A stretch of 29,354 nucleotides of DNA, taken from a virus (Duplodnaviria > Caudoviricetes). A program made the position numbers and the translations under genes. The notes beneath the pieces were generated by a model, which saw nothing but the letters and a program-made list of their open reading frames with translations, ran no database searches and was not told where the DNA came from. The stretch is taken from positions 1 to 29,354 of the IMG/VR virus record IMGVR_UViG_3300032225_000733; one strand, written 5' to 3'. This document shows, one piece after another, positions 1-7,764 of this stretch (position 1 is its first letter; each line of letters begins with the position of its first letter).

Positions 1-1
1 T

Positions 2-79
2 AGTGACTTCAATGCGGCTGAAACCTACATTTTTGCCGCTTTTGCCGAAAACCCATTCAAGAATTCTTTAGCGAGGTAA
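2..79 (+). CDS. C-terminal end of tail fibre-like/virion protein (5'-truncated)
   Basis: Frame reads SDFNAAETYIFAAFAENPFKNSLAR*. The YI.(M/A)AFAE.PFK..AR ending is typical of aquatic phage tail-fibre-like proteins. Stop TAA is 3 nt before the next ATG. Confidence 0.65.
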   Translation, partial: SDFNAAETYIFAAFAENPFKNSLAR

Positions 80-82
80 TTC

Positions 83-562
83 ATGTTTTTACTCAACGGC
101 AATCCACTACCACTTGACACACCATTTGAAATAGATGGCACAAGCTATCCTGCAAACTGGCTACGTTTGACTTCTATTGAAGAAAAGAATGCTGTCGGCA
201 TCACAGAAGTGCCTGACACTACTGTTCATTACGATGACCGTTTTTATTGGGGTGTAGACAACCCCAAACAATTGGATGACATCACCGTCACTCCAGAACA
301 AGGTGAGCCATACACACAGCATGGCTTGAAGCATCAGTGGACGGCACAAGTTAAGGACACAGCAAACAAATTGCTGTCTGCATCTGACTGGATGATTGTT
401 CGCAAGGTTGAACGTAACGTAGACATTCCTGCCGCTACGGTTACATATCGGGCCGCAGTGATTGCTGAATGCACCCGCCTTGTCACTGAAATTGCTGCTT
501 GCACAGATGTTCCTGCGTTGATTACAGTCGTAACAACACAAGAATGGCCTGTAAATGGATAA
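83..562 (+). CDS. tail fibre-associated / tail fibre assembly-like protein
   Basis: 159 aa. YPANWLRL...DDRFYWG and L..SDW.IVRK.E....IP.....YRA motifs resemble tail-fibre chaperone-like proteins. Follows the fibre gene. Confidence 0.6.
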   Translation: MFLLNGNPLPLDTPFEIDGTSYPANWLRLTSIEEKNAVGITEVPDTTVHYDDRFYWGVDNPKQLDDITVTPEQGEPYTQHGLKHQWTAQVKDTANKLLSASDWMIVRKVERNVDIPAATVTYRAAVIAECTRLVTEIAACTDVPALITVVTTQEWPVNG

Positions 563-749
563 TTTAGAAAAAGAATTTGCCGTGCATGAGGCTATTTGTG
601 CCCAACGGTATGAAGCTATTCAAAAGTCATTGGCTGATGGGGACAAGCGCATGACCAAGATTGAGTACCTTTTGTACGCAGTCATGTTGTGCGTTCTGTT
701 TGGCCCAGGCGTGGCGGCTGACTTTGCCAAGAAACTTTTGGGGCTATAA
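555..749 (+). CDS. small membrane protein (XhlA/holin-like)
   Basis: 64 aa. HEAICAQRY..I coiled segment followed by one C-terminal hydrophobic helix (YLLYAVMLCVLFG). Start of the lysis region. Confidence 0.6.
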   Translation: MDNLEKEFAVHEAICAQRYEAIQKSLADGDKRMTKIEYLLYAVMLCVLFGPGVAADFAKKLLGL

Positions 750-1418
750 ATTGACCCGATCAGCATCCTCCTCATGGCAAAGGCGTGTGCCACTGCTATC
801 AGAGAAGGAACTGCTCTTTACAAGTCAGCCAAAGAATCGTTCATGGAGGTCAAATCCTCTGTTGACGAAGCTGTTGGTGTTGCCAACGAAGTCAGAGGAT
901 TTTGGGCCAAGCTCTTTGGAACAGCGCCCAAGCCTGTGGCGCAAGCGACAAGAAAGAAAGAAAAGTTTGTTGCTGTAGACGAAACAAAAGTCATGTCCGA
1001 CATCGTTGCTCAATTGAGCAATTTTTTTCGGTTACAGGAACAATTGGCAACGCATATCAGGGAAGAAGAAGAGCGTTCAAAGAACGTCTATGACCCTGAT
1101 GCCAACTTGATGGAAGCGGCATTGAAGCGCACGATGGCGATGGATCAGATGGCGCTTTTGGAGACAGAAATCCGTGAGGCAATGGTTTACCAAGCCCCGC
1201 CTGAGATGGGTGCGCTATGGTCAAAAACCAACGCCATGCGTGATGTGATTGAGGAAGAGCAACAGAAAGCCAGAAAGAAAAGAGATGCTGAAGCATGGCT
1301 ACGAAAGGAACAAGAGCGCCTACAAAGAGAAAAGGTAACGTACCTGATTATCAGTATCCTGTTCCTCGCCTACCTGTGGATTCTGATAGTGTTCCTCGGC
1401 AAGATTGGGAAAGCATAA
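750..1418 (+). CDS. coiled-coil protein with C-terminal TM helix (start ATT750 proposed; first ATG at 774)
   Basis: Open frame begins immediately after the TAA at 747-749: (I/M)DPISILLMAKAC... The C-terminal YLIISILFLAYLWILIVFLG is a TM helix. Confidence 0.7.
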   Translation: MDPISILLMAKACATAIREGTALYKSAKESFMEVKSSVDEAVGVANEVRGFWAKLFGTAPKPVAQATRKKEKFVAVDETKVMSDIVAQLSNFFRLQEQLATHIREEEERSKNVYDPDANLMEAALKRTMAMDQMALLETEIREAMVYQAPPEMGALWSKTNAMRDVIEEEQQKARKKRDAEAWLRKEQERLQREKVTYLIISILFLAYLWILIVFLGKIGKA

Positions 1419-1675
1419 TGGGATGGATCGCGGCCTGTGTTCTGTTCATATTGTTGTTGCCCTTGAATGCAATGCTTCTGCTGGATGTGCTAGAAGCCAA
1501 GCATGAAGTGAAAGCACAAGTTGAGAAAGTTGAGAAATTAAGACGGGATGTCGAAAGGAGCAAGCGTGACAAAGATCGTAGCAATATTTCTGATAACCCT
1601 GTTTTTGATCGGGTGCGAAGACCGGTACAGGTATCCGTGTCAAGACCCACAGAATTGGGGAAAACCAGAATGTGA
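1418..1675 (+). CDS. N-terminal TM + coiled-coil protein (i-spanin-like architecture)
   Basis: TAATG overlap with the upstream stop. MGWIAACVLFILLLPLNAMLLL TM is followed by a charged helix (EAKHEVKAQVEKVEKLRR). Confidence 0.55.
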   Translation: MGWIAACVLFILLLPLNAMLLLDVLEAKHEVKAQVEKVEKLRRDVERSKRDKDRSNISDNPVFDRVRRPVQVSVSRPTELGKTRM

Positions 1676-1760
1676 ACCACCTGCTTGTGAAGCATCAGGC
1701 ACATGTACTAAAGACTTGATTCCAAAGGATATTTATGACAAATTCAAAAAGAACTCCTGA
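1566..1760 (+). CDS. lipoprotein (lipobox LIG-C), Cys-rich
   Basis: GTG1566 preceded by AAGGAG (1555-1560). MTKIVAIFLITLFLIG|CEDRYRYPCQDPQNW...C...C...C. Confidence 0.75.
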   Translation: MTKIVAIFLITLFLIGCEDRYRYPCQDPQNWGKPECEPPACEASGTCTKDLIPKDIYDKFKKNS

Positions 1761-2082
1761 AGATTGGCACGCTCTCTCTCAATTTGTCACACAAATCAGC
1801 TTCAATATTTGTCTAATAGGTGCTGTTTTTGGTGTGTTGTATTGCTTCATCTTTGTCACCCAGCCTATGGTTGGCCAAGCCAAAAATGATGCAGTCTTGT
1901 TTGAGATTCTCAAAACTGTGCTCACAAGCATGATTTCCATCATTGGTACTTTGATGGCTGTTGGCCACGGCAGTAATGCAACCGCCATGCCACCCAAGCC
2001 ACCGATGCCGCCCGTGCCTCAAGTGCCTACCAGACCGCTGAGTGCCAATTTGCCACCTGCTAACACTACGGATGTGCCATGA
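1735..2082 (+). CDS. two-TM membrane protein, holin candidate
   Basis: Two hydrophobic segments (ICLIGAVFGVLYCFIFV; VLTSMISIIGTLMAV) and a Pro-rich tail. Located in the lysis cassette. Confidence 0.55.
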   Translation: MTNSKRTPEDWHALSQFVTQISFNICLIGAVFGVLYCFIFVTQPMVGQAKNDAVLFEILKTVLTSMISIIGTLMAVGHGSNATAMPPKPPMPPVPQVPTRPLSANLPPANTTDVP

Positions 2083-2564
2083 GTCTATTCAACCCATACG
2101 TCCTGTTAGGCATCATTTTGACCGTGTTGTCTGCCTTTGGTGGCGGGTATTACAAGGGTGGACAAGATGAATTGACTCGGCAACAATTGGAAATAGCCAA
2201 GCTCAATGCCGAAGCCAGACAAAAAGAACAAGCATTGACTGCTGCCGTGAATGCCCAAGCAACACAATTGATGAAAGCAAATCAAAATGCAAAGTTACTT
2301 CAAGAAAAGCGTAATGCTGACATTGAGTCTGGCTCTCTCAAGCTGCGGATTCCTGTCAAAGCCACCTGTCCCGCCTTACCAGCCGCCGCAGATACCCCCG
2401 TTGCCGTTGGAAGTGACCCTGGAACGGCATCAGCCGAACTTGACGGACAGACTGCTAAATCTCTTGTCGCCATCACAGACGAAGGAGACTCCGCAATCAG
2501 GAAGCTCAACACCTGCATTGCCCTCTACAACGAAGCCTACCAAACCCTGAAAGGTAAACCATGA
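2079..2564 (+). CDS. Rz: Rz-like inner-membrane spanin
   Basis: N-terminal TM, long coiled coil, LRIPV..C and AEL.......L..I..EGD.AIR.LN.C motifs typical of Rz. Contains an embedded +1-frame lipoprotein. Adjacent to the endolysin. Confidence 0.8.
   Translation: MSLFNPYVLLGIILTVLSAFGGGYYKGGQDELTRQQLEIAKLNAEARQKEQALTAAVNAQATQLMKANQNAKLLQEKRNADIESGSLKLRIPVKATCPALPAAADTPVAVGSDPGTASAELDGQTAKSLVAITDEGDSAIRKLNTCIALYNEAYQTLKGKP
2287..2550 (+). CDS. Rz1: Rz1-like outer-membrane spanin lipoprotein embedded in Rz
   Basis: MQSYFKKSVMLTLSLALSS|C lipobox, then a Pro-rich mature part (KPPVPPYQPPQIPPLP). Fully nested in Rz in the +1 frame, the lambda Rz/Rz1 layout. Confidence 0.75.
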   Translation: MQSYFKKSVMLTLSLALSSCGFLSKPPVPPYQPPQIPPLPLEVTLERHQPNLTDRLLNLLSPSQTKETPQSGSSTPALPSTTKPTKP

Positions 2565-2989
2565 ACTTGTCAGAAAACTTTACTTACGAAGAACTTACTC
2601 ACACTGACCACCGTGAGTTTGACAACACTCCCAACGAAGACGAAATGGCCAACTTGGTTCGTCTGGCTGCTTTCTTGGAAGATGTCAGGAACGTCTTGGG
2701 TGGCCGTGAGATTCACATCAATTCAGCTTTCCGCAGCCATGAAGTCAATACTGCCGTGGGTTCTAAAGATTCCAGCCAACACCGTCGTGGTTGCGCTGCC
2801 GACATCCGTGTGAAAGGTATGACTCCAGATGAAGTGGTGACTGCCATCATTAATTCTGGCTTGCCTTATGACCAGTGCATCCGTGAGTTTGACCGCTGGA
2901 CGCATGTCTCAATTCCCAATCATGAAGACATCCAGCCACGTAATATGGCTTTGATCATTGATAAAGCTGGGACTAGACAGTATGCCTAG
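2561..2989 (+). CDS. endolysin, peptidase M15A family
   Basis: NLSENFTYEEL start; SAFRS..VN.AVG...SQH..GCAADI and WTHVS zinc-binding motifs (H-x6-D, H). Confidence 0.9.
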   Translation: MNLSENFTYEELTHTDHREFDNTPNEDEMANLVRLAAFLEDVRNVLGGREIHINSAFRSHEVNTAVGSKDSSQHRRGCAADIRVKGMTPDEVVTAIINSGLPYDQCIREFDRWTHVSIPNHEDIQPRNMALIIDKAGTRQYA

Positions 2990-3212
2990 AAAAAAAGGCC
3001 CTAACTTATCTGTTAGTCGAGGAGAAAAACAGTCCGTTAGGGCAGGAGGTGGCTTGACTGCAAAAGGCCGTAAAAAGTATAACCGAGCCACGGGGAGCAA
3101 TCTCAAAGCTCCTCAAAAGTCCGGCCCAAGGCACAAGTCATTCTGTGCTAGAAGCAAGGGTTGGACAGGGGAAAGAGGCAAAGCAGCAAGAAAGAGATGG
3201 GGTTGCAGATGA
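2982..3212 (+). CDS. small basic phage protein
   Basis: 76 aa from ATG2982, K/R-rich. GGLTAKGRKKYNRATGSNLKAP...KSFCAR motif common in aquatic phages. Confidence 0.75.
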   Translation: MPRKKGPNLSVSRGEKQSVRAGGGLTAKGRKKYNRATGSNLKAPQKSGPRHKSFCARSKGWTGERGKAARKRWGCR

Positions 3213-3352
3213 AGACACCAAAAGCAAAACGGGGTTTGTACTACAACATCAACAAAAGACGCAAGGCTGGCAAACGTGCCAAGAAGCCTGGTCAAAGTGG
3301 TTACCCAACGGCAGAAGCGTTTAGACGTTCTGCAAAAACCGCCAAAAGATAA
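3209..3352 (+). CDS. small basic phage protein
   Basis: ATGA overlap with upstream gene. MKTPKAKRGLYYNINKRRKAG...PTAEAFRRSAKTAKR matches the recurring GLY.NI..KR...APT...F..SAKTAK phage motif. Confidence 0.7.
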   Translation: MKTPKAKRGLYYNINKRRKAGKRAKKPGQSGYPTAEAFRRSAKTAKR

Positions 3353-3360
3353 AAGGTTGT

Positions 3361-5109
3361 ATGGCAACGCAAGAACAGAAAAAAGATTACCACATCACCA
3401 AAGATTTTGATGGGGTAAACACCAAAGCAAATAGGACTTCTATCAAGGAGACTGAGTTTGCTTGGTTGGAGAATGCCATGCCTATTGGCCACGGCAACCT
3501 CCGAATTGTTCCTGCGCCCACTACAATAGGTGCTGTTACTTTTGGATCAACCGTCTACTACGCCCAGTATGGTGACATTGGCACAACCAACTACTACATT
3601 GCATTTCAGACAGATGGCAGATGTGAAGCCATCAACGTGGCAACAAATGCAAAGATCACCATAGGCGCAGCCGGTACGTTCTCATCATCCGGTGTCCAGG
3701 CCAGCCAGTGGAACAACACCCTGGTCATCATCATTGATCCAAACAACGGATATTTTCAATGGGATGGCACAAACTTAGTCAAGGTTGGATCGCTAACTTT
3801 TACTCTGTCTGGCACTGGCACTGGTTACACAACTGCCACAGCGTCAGTCGCTGTACCAAACCAGACTGGCGGCACAAGAGCCGTCATCTCTCTGACCACC
3901 AACGGCACAGCAATCACATCCGTGTCTGCCTACGGCACAGGACTTACAACAGGTACGGGTTACACAACAGTTCCTGCGGTCACCATCACTAGTGCTGGTA
4001 CTGGCCAGACCATTACCGCAGCTCTTGTCTCTCAGCCTGGTACTTGTATCGCATCATTCTCAGGCCGTGTGTGGATTGCTAATGGACGCACGTTGTACTT
4101 TACTGCCGCCGGTACAAACAATGATTTTTACAGTGCTACTGCTGGCAACATCATTTTTAATGATTCCACACTGATTGGAAATATTACTCAGTTGGTGTCA
4201 GCCAACAATTTCTTGTACGTATTTGGCCCAGATAGCATCAACGTAATCTCAGATGTGCGTATTAGCACTAGCACTGGCACAACTTTGTACACCAACACCA
4301 ACATCAGCGCCAGCGTGGGTTCTGACCAGCCCTACGCCATGATGCCGTACTTCCGGTCTATTGTGTTCATGAATCGGTACGGTATATACGCTTTGGTTGG
4401 TTCAACAACATCAAAGATCAGTGACGCACTAGATGGATTATTTCCGTTCATTGACTTTACAAAAACAGTCAGTGCTGGACAGGTATTGATCTACAACATT
4501 TTGTGCGCTTGCTTCAACTTTTACTACACAGGTACATCTGGAACACAAGGCGCAGGACAGTGGATTCAAGCCGTTTTCTTTGACAAAAAGTGGTTTTTTA
4601 CCTACCAAAATGCAATTACTTATGTAACGTCTATACCGGTAAACGGTGCAGGAACACTGTACTCAACAACTGGCAGCGACTTCCAATTGATGTATCAGAG
4701 CAACACCGCTGCACTGCCAACAAGAATTCAGTCTGCTTTGATGGGCATGGGCAACATCATCCGTGACAAAGTTGCGCTGAAGTGGGGCGTTGAGGCAGTC
4801 CTTGGCGGGACAACAGGTAACAATTTGAACGTCACAATTGACAGTGAAAACGCATCTGCTGTCACGACAACCAATACTGTCAACAACTTTACCCTGGTTA
4901 CTTGGGTGAACAACGCAGGTAGAACAGTCACGTGGGTCAATAACAGTATTGCAACTGTTACTTGGGGCAATGCAACCTCTGGTTACTATTTGTACAAGTA
5001 CGATGCACAGATGTGGGGCAAGTACATTGGCATGACAATCACCAGCACCAGCCCAAATTACACGGTTGCCGGTATGCAATTTGAAACAGAGATGAGGGCT
5101 AAGTTCTAA
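3361..5109 (+). CDS. tail hub / DNA-stabilisation protein (P22 gp10 / tail tubular B-like)
   Basis: 582 aa. Starts F.GVNT...R..I...E...LEN..P. Beta-propeller-like repeats, with a Thr/Gly-rich GTGYTT insertion. Lies directly before the ejection-protein cluster. Confidence 0.65.
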   Translation: MATQEQKKDYHITKDFDGVNTKANRTSIKETEFAWLENAMPIGHGNLRIVPAPTTIGAVTFGSTVYYAQYGDIGTTNYYIAFQTDGRCEAINVATNAKITIGAAGTFSSSGVQASQWNNTLVIIIDPNNGYFQWDGTNLVKVGSLTFTLSGTGTGYTTATASVAVPNQTGGTRAVISLTTNGTAITSVSAYGTGLTTGTGYTTVPAVTITSAGTGQTITAALVSQPGTCIASFSGRVWIANGRTLYFTAAGTNNDFYSATAGNIIFNDSTLIGNITQLVSANNFLYVFGPDSINVISDVRISTSTGTTLYTNTNISASVGSDQPYAMMPYFRSIVFMNRYGIYALVGSTTSKISDALDGLFPFIDFTKTVSAGQVLIYNILCACFNFYYTGTSGTQGAGQWIQAVFFDKKWFFTYQNAITYVTSIPVNGAGTLYSTTGSDFQLMYQSNTAALPTRIQSALMGMGNIIRDKVALKWGVEAVLGGTTGNNLNVTIDSENASAVTTTNTVNNFTLVTWVNNAGRTVTWVNNSIATVTWGNATSGYYLYKYDAQMWGKYIGMTITSTSPNYTVAGMQFETEMRAKF

Positions 5110-5447
5110 TGAATATGGACGCACTCTCAATTGTTCGTCATGGCGACACAAACAGCTTGCAAGCATTCATTTTTGAGAATGGTGTGCAACATAAGACGTT
5201 TGCAGAGGCTTTGATGGATCAAGACATCGTAATACCCCGTTTTCCCCTTATGGATGCCAATCCTAATGACCTGGAAGACTGGCTTTTAGCGCACCAAGTT
5301 GAGCATCAAGCCATGTCTTTTTCGCTTGGTTTGAGCAATCCAATCAACCTTTTAGATACAAATTGGAACGATGAATCATCTTTTTACGACTGGTTGAGTA
5401 CTCACCTTTCGCTTCATCAACAAATCTTAGCTGCACTGGGAATTTAA
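5109..5447 (+). CDS. hypothetical protein (acidic, His-containing)
   Basis: 112-aa ORF, TAATG overlap, in the structural operon. Confidence 0.7.
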   Translation: MNMDALSIVRHGDTNSLQAFIFENGVQHKTFAEALMDQDIVIPRFPLMDANPNDLEDWLLAHQVEHQAMSFSLGLSNPINLLDTNWNDESSFYDWLSTHLSLHQQILAALGI

Positions 5448-5448
5448 T

Positions 5449-5757
5449 ATGGAAATGCAAAACCCCGCCCCCCCACCAAAAAATTCTCAAATTTCCAAAC
5501 CAGAAATGACTGAGATGTTTAAACAAGCAATCCAGCAAGCTGGCAATCTTGGTGTGACCCCAGACAAATTTGTGCAGATGGGTAATTTTGCGATGCAAGT
5601 TGTAAAAGATAAAAGTCTTTACCCAGTTTTTACTCAAGCATTGATAGACAACAAGTTAGCTTCTGAAGAAGATTTGCCAAAGAGCCCAGATTTAAAAATG
5701 ATTGGTTATTTTGTAATGCTTGGCAAGGTGGCAAAACAAATGATGGAAGGAATGTAA
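5449..5757 (+). CDS. hypothetical protein
   Basis: 102-aa ORF tightly packed (1-nt gaps) in the operon. Confidence 0.7.
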   Translation: MEMQNPAPPPKNSQISKPEMTEMFKQAIQQAGNLGVTPDKFVQMGNFAMQVVKDKSLYPVFTQALIDNKLASEEDLPKSPDLKMIGYFVMLGKVAKQMMEGM

Positions 5758-5758
5758 T

Positions 5759-6700
5759 ATGAGTTTTGGATCATGGTGGAATCAGCATGTCACACAGCCA
5801 CTGAAAAGATTAGCTCCTATCATTATTCCGGTGATTGAGATTTTTGCACCAGAATTTATTCCTTTTGTTGGTACAGCTCTGGGTGCAACCACAACTGCTG
5901 GCGCTATATCTGCTGGTACTGCCGCAATTTCAGCGGCAACAAGCGCTTTATCTGGAGCATCCCCAGAACAAATTGCAAAAGGGGCTGTCCTTGGTGGTAT
6001 TGGAGGCGCTGCCGGTAGCACTGCTCAACAAGCGTCTGGTTTGACAGGTGCAGCCGGTGCTGCTGTTGGTGGTGCTGCAAGTGGTGGAACAACTGCCGCC
6101 TTGACCGGCAAAGATGTGGTCTCTGGCGCTCTAAAAGGTGGCGCTACTGCTGGATTATCAAAAGGATTGCAAGAAGGTTATCAGTCTTTGCTCACTCCAA
6201 CTACTGATTACAGCATCGTCCCGCCTGACAGCAAATCTGGTTTGGGTCTGAAAGCATCTACTGGCACAGGAACGGACTTGTATGCTCCCACAGGGTTTAC
6301 TGCCGGAGAAAGTAATATCACAGCTCCATCTACTGATACATCTAGCACTGGAATACAAACTTCTGGCTTTTCTAGCGATACGCCAATTTCAGAAACACCT
6401 GGAATTTCCGCTACTGACAAGAAGATTGCTGATTACATAGCCAAATATTCAGTCAACAAGTTGTCTCCTGCTGGTTCAACTGCCGGTTCTCCTGCTGGTC
6501 AACCCGCTGGTGGACAGACATCTGATGTGGCTACAGGTTCACAATCATCTCCACAAGCCGCTGGCGCTGCTGATATTGCTATCTTGGATACCGCAGGGCC
6601 AGAAGGAATCAGTGGCAAAGCAGCTAAAAAAGGTGGAAAATACCCCTGGGGTGACCCCGAAGGCACAACCGCATTGAAGCAAGAAGGGCAGGTAATCTGA
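5759..6700 (+). CDS. putative internal virion / DNA-ejection protein
   Basis: 313 aa. Gly/Ala-rich hydrophobic glycine-zipper N-half and low-complexity Ser/Thr C-half. Typical podovirus position after the tail hub. Confidence 0.55.
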   Translation: MSFGSWWNQHVTQPLKRLAPIIIPVIEIFAPEFIPFVGTALGATTTAGAISAGTAAISAATSALSGASPEQIAKGAVLGGIGGAAGSTAQQASGLTGAAGAAVGGAASGGTTAALTGKDVVSGALKGGATAGLSKGLQEGYQSLLTPTTDYSIVPPDSKSGLGLKASTGTGTDLYAPTGFTAGESNITAPSTDTSSTGIQTSGFSSDTPISETPGISATDKKIADYIAKYSVNKLSPAGSTAGSPAGQPAGGQTSDVATGSQSSPQAAGAADIAILDTAGPEGISGKAAKKGGKYPWGDPEGTTALKQEGQVI

Positions 6701-7764
6701 TGGCGACACTGGCAAAACTGTTGCAAGTAGACATGGGCTTGCCTGACATGGCAAAACGCCTTGCTGCCGCTGGCCGGGGCAAAGACTCCATCCTTGCTCA
6801 CATCAATCCCAAAGAAGCCAAATTGCTGAAGAAACATGGCGGCAGTGGCAAGATCAATCCAGAAACCGGCATCATGGAATTTGATGATGGTGACGGTGTT
6901 TTTTCTACACCTGATTACTCTTCTTACACTCCACAAGAAACACAAGCAGCAGAACCAGCTCCTGCACCCGTGCCAGAACCATCTGCACCAAGCGCAGGTT
7001 TCCGTCCTGGCCAAAGCACAATTACCAATCCCTCTGTAGCACCAGTAGAAGCTCCTGTGCCTCAAGGTGGTCAACAATTCGGTAGCACGATCAGTGGTGT
7101 TGCAGGTGGGCCTCCTTTGCCTATTCAACCTCAACAACCCCAACAACTTGCACCAGGGTTTTTTGATCAATTAAGCGGTTATGCAAAACAAGCCGAAGCA
7201 TTGAACAAAACGCTTACTCCTTTTGCCCCATACGCCAAATTAGCTGGTCAATTAATTGGTGGTGCAAGAGGATTGCAAGCATCCAACCAGGCCCAAGAAC
7301 AAACTGTTGCCAATGAAGCTGAAATCAGAAAGCTGGCAGAACCTTACCGTGCTCAAGCCCAGCAGATTGCTCAACAAGGTCAGCAAATGTTGACCATGGG
7401 TCAGCAAGGTGGCTTGACCGCTGACCAACAACAAAAGTTAGAGACCCTGCGAGCACAAGCCATGCAGCAACAAGCTCAAGCCGGTATTACTGGTGGCACG
7501 GCTGCACAGCAAACAGAAGCTCAGATTCAAAGGGTTGCACAAGAGTACGCTCAAAACAACATCACGCAAGGATTGGCCTTGATCAATCAAGCTCAAGCAA
7601 TTTCTGGCACTGCTGACAAATTGATTCAGAATGCAATATCCACAGGATATTCACAGAGTGCTGATGCTTCAAAATTGGCAAATGAGTTCTATCAGGCGTT
7701 AGGTTTTAGTTTGCCTGAGACTCAAGCCAAAGCGCCAGCACAAGCCGGAGTACCAAATGCCTGA
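6700..7764 (+). CDS. putative internal virion / ejection protein
   Basis: 354 aa. GRGKDSILAHINPKEAKLLKKHGGSGKINPETGIMEF motif recurrent in podovirus internal proteins. Gln-rich helical C-half. Confidence 0.6.
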   Translation: MATLAKLLQVDMGLPDMAKRLAAAGRGKDSILAHINPKEAKLLKKHGGSGKINPETGIMEFDDGDGVFSTPDYSSYTPQETQAAEPAPAPVPEPSAPSAGFRPGQSTITNPSVAPVEAPVPQGGQQFGSTISGVAGGPPLPIQPQQPQQLAPGFFDQLSGYAKQAEALNKTLTPFAPYAKLAGQLIGGARGLQASNQAQEQTVANEAEIRKLAEPYRAQAQQIAQQGQQMLTMGQQGGLTADQQQKLETLRAQAMQQQAQAGITGGTAAQQTEAQIQRVAQEYAQNNITQGLALINQAQAISGTADKLIQNAISTGYSQSADASKLANEFYQALGFSLPETQAKAPAQAGVPNA

